Assembly (NCBI GenBank): GCA_951406725.2 | Contig: OX597819.1 | Span: 36,704,001 to 36,768,000 of the forward strand | Source: Octopus vulgaris | Taxonomy: Eukaryota | Reading direction: 5' to 3' | Length of the DNA: 64,000 bases | Shown here: piece after piece, positions 1-11,842 of the stretch | How the letters are laid out: every line of letters starts with the position of its first letter | Numbering within the stretch: the first letter of the stretch is position 1 | The notes under the pieces: model-generated | What the model was told of the DNA's origin: nothing | Database searches by the model: none | Seen by the model: the letters and a program-made list of their open reading frames with translations, nothing else | Position numbers and translations under genes: made by a program

Positions 1-197
1 ACTTAATATATCCCAAATATGCCATATGGGTTATAAAAAATAAAGTAAATTATAATTTAAAAGACATTGTTAAAATTTATAGACTTTAACATATCTGCGA
101 TGAAAGCAGCTACTGCACTTGTAGCGTCAGGTAGCCTCTATACTTCTGAATGCATATATAAGCGTATAGATACGTATAAATGTATCTTCTATCCTTC

Positions 198-400
198 ATT
201 TTTTACTTGTTTCAGTCATTGAACTGCGACCATGCCGAGACATCGCTTTGAAGGGTTTGGTCGAACAAACCCCTCCACCCCAGTGCATAGTTTTTAATCC
301 TCTTATTTTATTGGACCCTTTTTTTCGGAACCGCTAAATTAGCGGACGTAATCCAACCAACCCCGGTTTTCAAGCGATAGTGGAGTCAAAGAAAACACAA
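198..400 (-). mobile_element. Decayed 3' part of SINE group B
   Basis: ttttacttgtttcagtcattgaactgcgaccatg matches the 3' end of the full copies at 38693-39123 and 47919-48393. Confidence 0.7.
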
Positions 401-1169
401 ACGAAGCTACACACGCAAGCACACAAACGCGAGCGCGCGCGCACACACACACACACGCACACACACACATACACACACACACGAAAGAAGCTTCTGAATC
501 GTACAGCCACACCGGATTTTGCTGAATTGTTGGAAGGCGGCAGATTTGAAAAAGTGTTACTAAAAGAAAGAGAGTGATAGTTAAACATATTTGTGAAGCA
601 CAGCTCCAAATATATAAACGTTTATAAATGATATTACTGATACTATTAATGGCTGAGATTTCTTATGTTTCTTCTAACATAACTTTAAGCGGCTTAATCT
701 ATGCCGAAAATACTGTCGCACTGTAGCAGAACCATAGCTCATGTTTTTTTTGCGGATTATGTTTGCTAAATAGAACATGCAATTAAATCTTTCCAGATAT
801 GCTCCAAATGCTGGTTTATTCTTATGTAAATCATTTGGCATTGCAATATCATCAAATACAGAAAATAAAATCATACCTTGCCTTTTACGAATTAACATTA
901 TGATTGGGTATATTACCACACCTCTTACGTCAAATTTGACCCCAAATTTCACCGTCAAACAAAATTAACTCCTTCTCATCTGTCTTACAAACACCGAGTA
1001 TCGTATTTTGTTCTTGAGCCAAGGACTCGTAAGGCTAGTTACCCGGTTTCCATGACGCACAAGTGATCGAGATCGCAATATTCCTCTGAGCAGGACACTG
1101 GTGTGTTGCAGCGTTGAAGAGCAGAAATTTTAAGGACTTAACTGGTATCTTATTTTATCTACCACGCTC

Positions 1170-1250
1170 AAATTTGATTTGTAGATACCGACAAAAATCG
1201 ATTCCAGGTTAGAATGCAATCGATAAAGCCGTGGGAACGTGCATTTGTAC
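1170..1250. repeat. Unclassified interspersed repeat fragment
   Basis: gtagataccgac...ttccagg...cgataaagccgtgggaacgtgcatttgta recurs in reverse complement at about 46498-46610. Confidence 0.6.
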
Positions 1251-1687
1251 GCACAAGTACATTAGCTGTTGCGATCGATACTATACTACGCGTACGCGAG
1301 AAAAGTGCACTGCAGTTTGCGCAAAAGCAGCCGGCTGGCTGGAAATAATGCCACAAAATGCAGTATATTTAAGAGACCAAATAGTAAGATGCAAAAGATA
1401 TATTTTCTTCAAACTTGGCGTGAAGGAAGGATAGACTATTTGGTTTCTCAAGAAGTTCTTTTTTGCCTTAACTTCGTTTATCAAAACCAAGAATTTTATT
1501 GAAATAAAGACATACTTAATTATTTGTTAATGAATAGAAAACACTGATTGCTTTTTATTCAAGGAAGAAAATGCTATTTTGTTGCTAATAAATAACTTTT
1601 GTTGCCTTACAGCTTTAAGCCAAAAAAGGGTGTTTTTAGTGAAAGAAAACCATTATTGTATTTAATCAAGATTGTTTCAAGCTCAGC

Positions 1688-1688
<1 letters not shown>

Positions 1689-1757
<69 letters not shown>
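1689..1757. repeat. (GATA)n microsatellite
   Basis: Direct reading. Confidence 0.98.
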
Positions 1758-1758
<1 letters not shown>

Positions 1759-2563
1759 TGTATGTGAGTAAAAGTAACACTTACATATTTCGCCATATTA
1801 GCTCATTCGCACGGCAGATTCAAAGAAGAAAGCTTTGAAAAGGACAGAATGTAAGTGGCTAAGTATTTAGTCATTAAATGAGTTCTAAGAGTAATGGGTA
1901 GAGGGAACAGATATATGAGAATCGTACAAACGGAATATTATGTTAGTTCTATCGGTTGAGAAAATAGGTGGAGGTTGTTTTTAAGGAGATGACATGTGTG
2001 ATTGTGAATACATTTACGTATCAGTGATTCTATTATTATTTCTACATGTATATTTTATCACTAACACTTCAAGCAATATCCGTCCAGCATCGTTTTCCCG
2101 TGTACAAAATTAGTAAAAATTTTAATGAATTCCAAGTTGATTGCTGTGACCGTTGTTTCAATAGCGTCATTATAGATAAAGTGAAAATGACAATAGAAAA
2201 GATTTATCCCGAATTTGATTATTAGGAAAAGGAGAATAATGTTTCTAGTTTTTAATTAAAATGTAATTAGGAATTTACAGTTAGTAAAAGCTTCAGGAAG
2301 CTCATTAGAGAAAAGCCGATTCGTATGATGATAGTACCTGTATAGAGTTAAATGGTTTTCGATCTACTGGAGATCGAATCTATTGATATCAGTAGCAGCA
2401 GATAATTAAATTCAATAAACTAAAGTCAACCCGTACTCAAACTCAGATTACAATTAACATTAAGCAAATTAGAAATTCATGCTAAGTCTTAAATAAGTAT
2501 GATAAAAGAACATAATAGGAAATATATTTTGTTTAGGTCAAACACTTAAAGGTTGACCTGGTG

Positions 2564-2611
<48 letters not shown>

Positions 2612-2737
2612 TTTCAGCAAAACAATTAAGATTCAAATGAATTCAAATGAATTCAAATGAATATGGTACTTAACTTAGATGCACCAGAATTCTTTATGGT
2701 ATTAACCATAAATTTATGTGGGGTGATTATAACCACG

Positions 2738-2838
2738 AAAAAAGCAACAAGAATGGATAGTATTTGCAGCTTTAAATAAAATGTTCTTAGTATGAAACAA
2801 TTGTATTAAACTACTGATCCATTCTTGTTGCTTTTTTC
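2738..2838. repeat. Short inverted repeat between (TA)n tracts
   Basis: aaaaaagcaacaagaatggat ... atccattcttgttgctttttt. Confidence 0.7.
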
Positions 2839-2967
2839 TTGGGTATATATATATATATATAATAATAAATATTAGGGAATAAATCCAATTTAATTTATAT
2901 TAAATTTTTTATGTATTGGATTAAGTCTTTCTTTGTTTGATTTGCATAATAGTGGTTTTGTCTCTAA

Positions 2968-3014
<47 letters not shown>

Positions 3015-3026
3015 TAGATATATGTA

Positions 3027-3776
3027 AGGCGGCGAGCTTGTAAAAAAACTTTAGCACGCCGGGGGAAATGCGTAGCCGTATTTCGTCTGTCGCTGCCTTC
3101 TGAGCTCAAATTCCGCCAAGGTCGACTTTGCCTTTTATCCTTTCGGGGTTGATTAAATAAGTACCAGTTGCGCACTGGAGTCGATATAATCGACTTAATC
3201 CGTTTGTCTGTCCTTGTTTGTCCCCTCTGTGCTTAGCCCCTTGCGGGTATTAAAGAAATAGGTATTTCGCCTGTGTTTAGAATTTAAGGCGGCGAGCTGG
3301 CAGAAACGTTAGCACGCCGAGCGAAATGCTTAGTGATATTTCGTCTGACGCTACGTTCTGAGTTCAAATTCCGCCGAGGTCAACTTTGCCTTTTATCCTT
3401 TCGGGGTTGATTAAATAAGTACCAGTTGCGCACTGGAGTCGATATAATGGACTTAATCCGTTTGTCTGTCCTTGTTTGTCCCCTCTGTGTTTAGCCCCTT
3501 GTGGGTAGTAAAGAAATAGGTATTTCGCCTGTGTTTACATTTTAAGGCGGCGAGCTGGCAGAAGCGTTAGCTCGCCGAGCGAAATGCTTAGTGGTATTTC
3601 GTCTGACGTTACGTTCTGAGTTCAAATTCCGCCGAGGTCAACTTTGCCTTTCATCCTTTCGGGGTCGATTAAATAAGTATCAGTTACATACTGAGGTCGA
3701 TATAATCGACTTAATCAGTTTGCCTGTCCTTGTTTCTCCCCTCTGTGTGTAGCCCCTTGTGGGCAGTAAAGAAATA
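3027..3776 (+). mobile_element. Head-to-tail trimer of tRNA-derived SINE group A (~258-bp units)
   Basis: Three units start aggcggcgagct, carry B-box-like gagttcaaattcc and end gtaaagaaata; flanked by (TA)n. Confidence 0.92.
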
Positions 3777-3777
3777 C

Positions 3778-3822
<45 letters not shown>

Positions 3823-3830
<8 letters not shown>

Positions 3831-4030
3831 CTTTGGAAGAGCCTAATGTGTTGATGTTTTACAGACAAGAAAGTACATTTCGAACGCAATACATTTCTAA
3901 GAACGGCAAAAAAATATTGGGTATTTACCGTTGTATATGGAAAAAAATTTTAATATGTAGCTACAGAAATCGAACCTGTACCCTTTAAAATACTGGATGA
4001 ATGCTGTACCATTAAGCTAAACGTCCTCTG
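3823..4030. repeat. Repeat fragment with a minus-strand tRNA-like head, related to the foldback at 11535-11842
   Basis: taaacaaactttggaag...gacaagaaagta matches the reverse complement of about 11745-11842; minus strand has tagcttaatgg and ggttcgatttc boxes. Confidence 0.55.
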
Positions 4031-4046
4031 ACAACAATTACTTACT

Positions 4047-4088
<42 letters not shown>

Positions 4089-5414
4089 CGTGTGTGTGTG
4101 TGCGTGTGTGTGCGTGTGTATCTGTGTGTGCAGGTCAGCGTGTGTGCGTGTAGTGATTGAACATAACTTAATTCCTGACATCATGTAAATTCATATTGTT
4201 GAATAACTGCCATTTCTTCAGGCGATATTTCCCCGGAATCCCTAGCCAAGCAAAAATTTATAGTAAAACATTACCGAACAAGAAAAATTCAATGCAGAAT
4301 GGACACATTGAAATGTCCAACCTTTTAAGAAGAACATACATTACTTTGGTTAACTAAAATCAAGAAGCTTGGTTGGTCCCCGATTTCAATATCTCCACCC
4401 TATTTTGAATTCTTGGCCGTAGTCCAATGATTAACACAAATAAAAGCGGAGACCTAAAATTTGTATATTTGTTAGTGATAGATATCCTTGTTGTAACGTA
4501 CGCATTTCTTCCCATGCTGACGAATGTATGAATCTTTTATATCATGTTTACATATTTGATATATCGCAAATCATCTTCATTATGTATTGTTTGTTATGCA
4601 AGTCAAATGTAATGATTCATTGATTGCTTCATTTAAACACCTAAAATCAAAATCATTTTAACGTTAGTTCCACACACATTTTCCCTCATGTTAAAATTTA
4701 TTTTTATTGCTAATAGAGCTAATAAACAAATATAGGACCAAAACTGTAGAAATCATCCTAGGCGATTGCTAAAATATTTAGCTATCAAACCAATTCTGAA
4801 CAACTGAGACAAAATTTCGAAATTTAACTTCTAGCTAAAACCACAAATTTTCAAACTATAAAACTAGAAAACTAAGAAAAGGAAAAAAAATTAAAGAATT
4901 TTTTAAAACTTTAAGTCTTAGTACTTCATACCTGTCAACGAAGAATGTTTTACCAATATATATTATAAGCAGTATTCACCAAAGAATTATAACTGGGAAA
5001 AGAGGATACATTTTTAAAGACTAGCCTTGAGCGACAGCTCTGCCTATCCTACGATTAATTTTTATACATTTGTGTATTTTTGCAAGTTCATCACACAAGA
5101 TTTCATTAGAATTCTTATAAAAATACGCTCTTATGCTATAAAGATTCTTCAAAATTTATTATACTTGTTTTACACGTTTATATGTGAACTCTTCAGTGAA
5201 TTATAAGCTATTACCAAGGTGTTCCCATTAGGAACCCAGCCGGTGTACATATAAATGAGTTTCAAATACACTTTAGTAAACAGTTTGAGAATCAGGAGCA
5301 AGAAACTCCTAGTAACGACTGACACAGACTCGGTTTTCAATAAATATTATTTCATTGTACATTATTTGCATTATTTACATTTGATGGATATTTGTCCTCA
5401 TCTTGTTTGTTGCT

Positions 5415-5460
5415 AACACAGCGTTTCGGCTGATATACCCTCCAGCCTTCATCAAGTGTC
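5415..5460 (-). ncRNA. Type I hammerhead motif in inverted pLTR, two core substitutions
   Basis: gacac-TTGATGA-a-ggctg(gagggtatat)cagcc-GAAAC-GCT-gtgtt; helices I and II pair; C3U and U16.1C changes. Confidence 0.7.
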
Positions 5461-5490
5461 CTGGGTTCTCATTCGTAAGGTATTTTTCGA

Positions 5491-5528
<38 letters not shown>

Positions 5529-5595
5529 CCACTGCCTGGAATCGAACTCGAAATCTTGGGGTTGGTAGCCTGCGCTCTTAACAACTACACCAATT

Positions 5596-6110
5596 GTGAA
5601 GAAAAGCGGGGATGAAACCAATAAACTGTCCACAATCTGTCTACCCTATGTGAAAAGCCTCTCCGAAAAGATTCAAAAGATATGCAGCCCATATGACATC
5701 AGGACAGCATTCAAGAGTAACACAACGCTTCACAAATATCTCCTTCGAGTAAAACTACCAATAGAAGAGAACATGACCAAAAACTGAGTGTACTCCATCC
5801 CATGCTGCTGTGGTAGGTTATACAAAGGCGAGACATGCCGCTCCCTCAAAATAAGTGTAGAAGAATATCACAAATCTGTAACACGAGGAGATATTGATAA
5901 ATCGGGTATAGCTAATCATGTATGAAAAATGGAGACCCCCTTCCCCTGTGGGATGAAGTTAAAATAAAAGACAGAGAACACTACTGGAAAATACGAAAAC
6001 TAAAAGAAGCAGCACATATGCTAAGACACAACAGCCTCCTAAGCAGACCGAGTGCAGATATGATCAGCATATGGGAACCGGTATTAAGGAAGGATAGAAA
6101 AAAATATTAG
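5596..6110 (+). pseudogene. PLE RT thumb/linker and GIY-YIG endonuclease remnant with in-frame stops
   Basis: ICLPYVKSLSEKIQKI...KN*VYSIPCCCGRLYKGETCRSLKISVEEY...SGIANHV*...RKLKEA fits the PLE pattern VY.IPC.C...YIGET.R.L..R..EH. Confidence 0.9.
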
Positions 6111-6287
6111 ATTCATAAGCCCTAAAATTCACTTCACAATTGCCAATGGATATATGGCGTTGTAGTCAAGCGCGTGGGCTACTAACCCCAAGATTCCGAG
6201 TTCGATTCCAGGCAGTGACAATAATTTCCCCAAGACACCTGATGAAGTCAAAACGTTGTGTTAGCAAATATCCGTCAAATGTAAATA

Positions 6288-6509
6288 TATTTCCTTACTA
6301 CCCACAAGGGGTTAAACACAGAGGGGACAGACAACCGGATTAAGTCGATTATATCGACCCCAGTGCGTAACTGGCACTCTATTTATCAACCCCGAAAGGA
6401 TGAAAGGCAAAGTCGACCTCGGCGGAATTTGAACTCAGAACGTAGCGACAGACGAAATACGGCTACGCATTTCGCCCGGCGTGCTAACGACTCTGCCAGC
6501 TCGCCGCCT
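6288..6509 (-). mobile_element. SINE group A inserted in the PLE 3' pLTR
   Basis: Copy of group A with TSD cgtcaaatgtaa(a/g)ta at 6273-6287 and 6510-6524. Confidence 0.9.
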
Positions 6510-7184
6510 CGTCAAATGTAAGTAATGTACATAATTCCTCATCTCTTAAATATAAAACTGTATTATTTCATTATGTCTTTCAATGCTAAAACGATTTCCT
6601 AAATAGAATGTGTGTGGGGGTGTATGCATGTGCGCACACAACAACAGCACTAGTTACAAATATGATTCTTAATTCAAATTTTGTAATTTCATTTTTTTGT
6701 TTGTTTGAAGGAAGTCAAAACTGTTTTACTTTTATTATCGCCACTACCACTACCGCTGCCACATCACACAGGACAAAAGACAGAAAAAAAAAAACAGACC
6801 AATTTCCTTCGTTTAAATTGAAAAGTGAAGACCACAATTAAAAAACCAAAATTGAGGACATTCAATATTCTTGAACAAATTTCTTTGTTAGTAATCGACT
6901 TTAGATTCACAACTGCAAGTAGGATGGAACATCAAGGAAACTGTGCCTCAGTTAAATGTCAGTTACAAATCAGTTTAAACGAATTGTTCTAATTAACAGC
7001 CATTTCTTCTTCAAATCACACACAGCCATTTTTAAAGATGTAAAGAAACTAGTGACAAATTAAATAATGCAGCAGTAGAGTAATCTGAATAAAATACAGG
7101 ATTGTCACGGTTAGAAAAGTTTTGATAATAGGTCACTTTGAGCAGCGCTGACCTGTCACTTTTCTTTTATTTGCGTCTAGAAGA

Positions 7185-7392
7185 CAGTTAGCGTAACCGC
7201 GCAGGAAAAAAAATACTTAGCGATATTTCTTCCGACTTTACTTTCTGAGCTCAAATGCCACTGTGGTCAACTTTGCGTTTCATCCTTCCAGTTTCGATAA
7301 AACAAGTACCAGTCGTACACCGGGGTCGATGTAACCGACTTATTGTCTACCCCCGAAATTTCTGGCCTTGTGCCAAAATTTGAAACTAATAT
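7185..7392 (+). mobile_element. Older diverged SINE group A copy
   Basis: ctttgcgtttcatcctt...aagtaccagt...ggggtcgatgtaa, with the alternative tail ccttgtgccaaaatttgaaac. Confidence 0.75.
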
Positions 7393-7616
7393 AAGAACAC
7401 ATCAAATTGGACACTCTTGTATTTCTGCTATCCACCGATAACAGCGATAATAACTTCTAACAAATGCACAAATCCTGTAATTGGGGTTAAGAGTTATAGT
7501 CTATAATAATGGCCCCAACACTTTGCAATTGCTTTATTTTATCAATCCCGAAAATATTAAAGAGAAATTTGAATTCGATGGGATTCAAACTCAGTATATA
7601 AACTACCAAAACTAAA

Positions 7617-7821
7617 CACAGAGGGGACAAACAAGGACAGACAGATGGATTAAGTCGATTAGATCGACCCCAGTATGTAACTGGTACTTAATTTATCGAC
7701 CCTGAAAGGATGAAAGGCTAAGTCGACCTCGGCGGAATTTGAACCCAGAACGTAACTGCAGACGAAATACGGCTACGCATTTCCCCCGGCGTGCTAACGT
7801 TTCTGCCAGCTCGCCGCCTTT
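7617..7821 (-). mobile_element. SINE group A flanked by a 28-bp direct repeat
   Basis: actcagtatataaactaccaaaactaaa at 7589-7616 and 7822-7849. Confidence 0.9.
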
Positions 7822-8577
7822 ACTCAGTATATAAACTACCAAAACTAAATCACGCGAAGCATTGTCCAACGCTCTAACGATTTTGTGAATATTTGGCCTT
7901 GACTTTCGACCCCCAAATATTCATGAACTCATAAGTGCTGCATCGTGAAATACGGAGTGTCTTGTGCACTTTTAGAGTTTAAGGAGCCTATCTCTCTGCA
8001 GATCTGAGCACAACTACTTTCTTTCAGAAGGAGTGATACAGAATAACAAAAGATGGAGACAGAAAGACAGACAAAAAAGGGAAGAATCAACCTCAGTCCA
8101 AGACTAGTGCTTTATGTACTGAAACCGAAAATATGAGAGTCAGAACATTTACCTCAAGGCATTGTATCCCACAATGTAACCACTTCGCCAACTCAAGGCC
8201 TCCAGAATTCTCTAAAATAATAGAAGTTCAAGAGCATGAATTGTCTCTAATAATTTTGCTAATACGATAACCATTGCCAATTTAACTACTTCTGTAGACA
8301 GAAATGTTAAATGGAGTCTGCAGAGTATAAACCTTGAGAATTCACAATATGTATATTCTTTTGAATAGAACCAATATTTTTATACACGAAGAAAGGAAAG
8401 TGGGAAGATGTGACATTCATACCTTTTCGAAAAGTAATAACTCTGTACGTAAAATGGAATGACTTCAGTGGAGACGCCAAACTTGTTTGCAGACTCAGCA
8501 GGAGTGTATCAGGCAATGCACAGCGTTGCTAGCAACACTGTTGTTGCCGTCAACATCACCATCTTCGAATTGCTATA

Positions 8578-8624
8578 GCTCATCATCGTCATCTTCCTCC
8601 TCCTCCTCATCATCATCATCCTCC

Positions 8625-8682
<58 letters not shown>

Positions 8683-8746
8683 TCTTCTTCTTCTTCTTCT
8701 TCTTCTTCTTCTTCTTCTTCTTCTTCTTCTCCTCCTTCTTCTTCTT
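8578..8746. repeat. Compound (TCC)/(TCA)/(TTC) microsatellite
   Basis: Direct reading. Confidence 0.97.
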
Positions 8747-9693
8747 TAACAATCATTAGCAGTCACTAAAAATAAAAAATTCTAATAACATTAACCATTT
8801 TATGTCGATCATCATTTCATATTTATAAGCTGTGTACAAACACTTTATATTTTTAGGCATCTTGTAACAGAATATTTTAAATACTTGTTCGCATCAAACA
8901 CAAAATATTCATATGGACAATTACAATAACAATAATGATTGATCTACTAGCCTTAACAGCAACAACAACAACAGTAGCCATCAGCATAATAAGGACGCAA
9001 GTAGTTGGAGTAGTAAAATATTGATAGTGACGCAGTAAAAGAATTGATTGTGATATACTTTCCTTCTTGAAAATCTATTTAGAGGTTAAGAAAATATAAA
9101 GTGGAATGAAATAGGAGATTGGTAAACACAGAGAAAATAACGGTGAATATTGGAAACATCAACATCGACAATGGAAACAACAATAAAACAGCGGCAAAAC
9201 TAACAACATGAAAGCAGAAAACAAAAGCAAAATCAACAGATGCTTTTTCTTTTGCGATTTTGCTTTTGTTTTGTCTTACACCAATTGTCGAACTTTCTGT
9301 GTTGTATAAGAATCGATCGTAAAATATTTGCTCAATTATACAGTCGTCTCGTTCACATGAAGCAGGCTCAAAATAGCAAAATGGCGAAACAATTATTTTG
9401 ATACAAAGACATTCAATTGAATGAGGACAATTAAACGGAACTGTTTTCAATAAAATAAGCAAAAAAATAAGAGTTTTCTATTGCCAAGACTTTTCAAATA
9501 CCTCTTCGTCTATTTACTAAGTTGGGACATAACAGATCCATTGTCTTTTTTAATTATCTGGCTATCTCTCTAACACTCTCTTTCTGAACAAAAATGCGCG
9601 CGCGCATGTGTGCGTGCGTGTGTGAGTGTGTGTATATAAATATACGCATATACATATACAAATAGATATATATGTATATGTATTTATGTATGC

Positions 9694-9731
<38 letters not shown>

Positions 9732-9770
9732 GTACATACATAAATACATGCATATACGTATATATATATA

Positions 9771-9813
<43 letters not shown>

Positions 9814-9816
<3 letters not shown>

Positions 9817-10220
9817 CGCAGGTGTAGCTGTGTGGTAAGTAACTTACTTACCAACCACATGGATTCGGGTTCAGTCGCACTTTGTGGCATCTTGGTTGCG
9901 TGCCTTCTACTATAGCCTCGGGCCGACCAAAGCCTTGTGAATGGATTTGGTAGACGGAAACTGAAAGAAGCCCGTCGTATATATATATATATATGTGTAT
10001 GTGTGTGTATATGTTTGTGTCTGTGTTTGTCCTCCCAACATCGCTCGACAACTGATGCTGGTGTGTTTACGTTACCGTAACTTAGCGGTTCGGCAAAAGA
10101 GACCGATAGAATAAGTACTAGGCTTATAAAGAATAAGTCCTGGTGTCGATTTGCTCGACTAAAGGCAGTGCTCCAGCATGGCCGTAGTCAAATGACTGAA
10201 ACAAGTAAAAGAGTAAAGAG
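9814..10220 (+). mobile_element. Full-length tRNA-derived SINE group B with internal (TA)/(TG) tract
   Basis: Head ggcgcaggtgtagctgtgtggtaag...gggttcagtc, body gccttgtgaatggatttggtagacggaaactgaaagaagcccgtcg, tail (gtaaaaga)n; homologous to 38693 and 47919. Confidence 0.9.
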
Positions 10221-10442
10221 TATATATATATATCCTGTAAATGTAATATGTGACAATTATTCGGTAGCCATGATAAAACTCCGAGTTTCGAATGCCGAGG
10301 TAGAAATCCACGCCGTCATCTCTTCAGTTATCTGGCCATCGGCAAAATCGGCATCCGAAACTCGGAGTTTTATCATGGCTACCGAATAAATAGTCACATA
10401 TTACATTTACGGATATATATATATACTCTTTACTCTTTTTAC
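10205..10442. repeat. Foldback with ~94-bp arms, resembling an inverted PLE pLTR remnant
   Basis: 10205-10298 is a near-perfect reverse complement of 10348-10442. Confidence 0.9.
10272..10332 (-). ncRNA. Type I hammerhead ribozyme motif with intact core
   Basis: GATAA-CTGAAGA-[imperfect helix II gatgacgg..ctcggcattc]-GAA-ACTCgGAGT-T^TTATC; helix I GATAA/TTATC. Confidence 0.72.
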
Positions 10443-10712
10443 ATAATATCGAGGTCTTTTTCTTGCTTTTGTTGTCTCACAATTTTTATCAATATACATA
10501 TATATATATACATAGATATTTGTGTATGCATTCATATATATGTGTGTGTGTATGAAAATGGCCAATATAGGCCTAAGAAGATAATATTTATAAAGAAAAC
10601 CTCAATACACAATTATGTACAGTGTATACATATTAATAGCTCATCCGTTTCGGACCAACTATATATGTGTGTGAGTTTGTGTGTGCGTATGTGTGCGTGT
10701 GTGTGTATGTGT

Positions 10713-10762
<50 letters not shown>

Positions 10763-11534
10763 CAGCTTTGCTATCTTAGTGTGGGTGTATAAGATGGATG
10801 GCTATAAGCAGCAGGAATACTAGGTAAGATTTGTTGTATCAGCATGCAGTTGTCAGCTGATACTATTTTTCCATGGAAAATATGGAAAAAGTCGTAAACT
10901 TCCAGTTTTATATGTAATTCCTTCAATCTTGGAATAATTAAATACCTTGCTGTGGTGACTCCATTAAACAATGTGTTTCGGGATTCCTGCTGCTACGGCC
11001 AAACATTTTTATACGCATACTTTTTTAAAATCGATAATGATGTTTGTGAGAAAATATTTAACCAAATCAATTTTATTTGAGTAGAAGTTATTTTCGATTT
11101 TAGTTTTTCTCCTTTTTCCACATTTAAACAACTCTTGAAAAAAATTTGTTATTAATTAAATGCAAAATAGGAAAATCTGTTCCCGTTTTGACATAGTAAT
11201 TTTGACTGTAGCGAACATCCTGTAGCGAACATCTTCCATATGAAAAGTAATTATCTCCGCCAGGAAATATGCAGTTAAGCAGAAGCAAATACATAGCGGG
11301 AAGTGAAATTTCAAATTCCATAACAATATTTGTTCTCTTAACCATATTGTTATATGTATCTTATACTGTTTCTTGTATATTTGGCTTCCAACGATTTTTA
11401 TATTTTTATTACACGTTTTAAATGTTTTGTTTATTAGCCTCACAATTTACTTCATTCCAGAATCTAATATTTTTTTTTATTATCTTCCCACGTTCCTTTA
11501 TTTTATTTTTATTCAGAACTTATTATTCACTTTG

Positions 11535-11842
11535 TAGACAAGAACGAAAATTTCGAAAGCAGTAAAGCTGTAAGGGCAGCAGGAAAAGATTGGGTATTTA
11601 CCTTTAAAAGACAGAAAATATCATTGTCAGCAGGCGGCTTCGGGATCCTTTAGAAACCGGCTGAGCGCTAAACGTCCCTGAATGTCCTTCAAGTCCTGTA
11701 GCAGCCTGCTGGCAACGTTCTCCCGTCTTATAATGGTAAATACCCGCTCTTTCTCAGCTGCTCTTAAAGATTTACAGCATTCGAAGTTTACTTTCTTGTC
11801 TAGAAAATACCAACTACATTCGACGCTTCCAAAGTTTGTTTA
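11535..11842. mobile_element. Diverged foldback or MITE-like element
   Basis: 11535-11636 and 11704-11802 form an imperfect inverted repeat (tagacaagaa..gggtatttacc..cagcaggc). Confidence 0.65.

Larger units (their letters stand above)
5357..6560 (+). mobile_element. 5'-truncated Penelope-like element: inverted pLTR, ORF C-terminus, 3' pLTR with tail
   Basis: 12-bp TSD tattatttcatt (5345-5356, 6561-6572); 5357-5592 is an inverted copy of the unit at about 6150-6530; GIY-YIG remnant lies between. Confidence 0.9.

Noticed and set aside
6150-6220. tRNA gene
   Set aside because: A/B boxes and an anticodon-like loop are present, but there is no proper acceptor stem and it is part of a repeat; the same holds for all SINE heads
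8153-8211. Minus-strand exon with good splice signals (RILEALSWRSGYIVGYNAL)
   Set aside because: It overlaps what looks like a decayed SINE group A head
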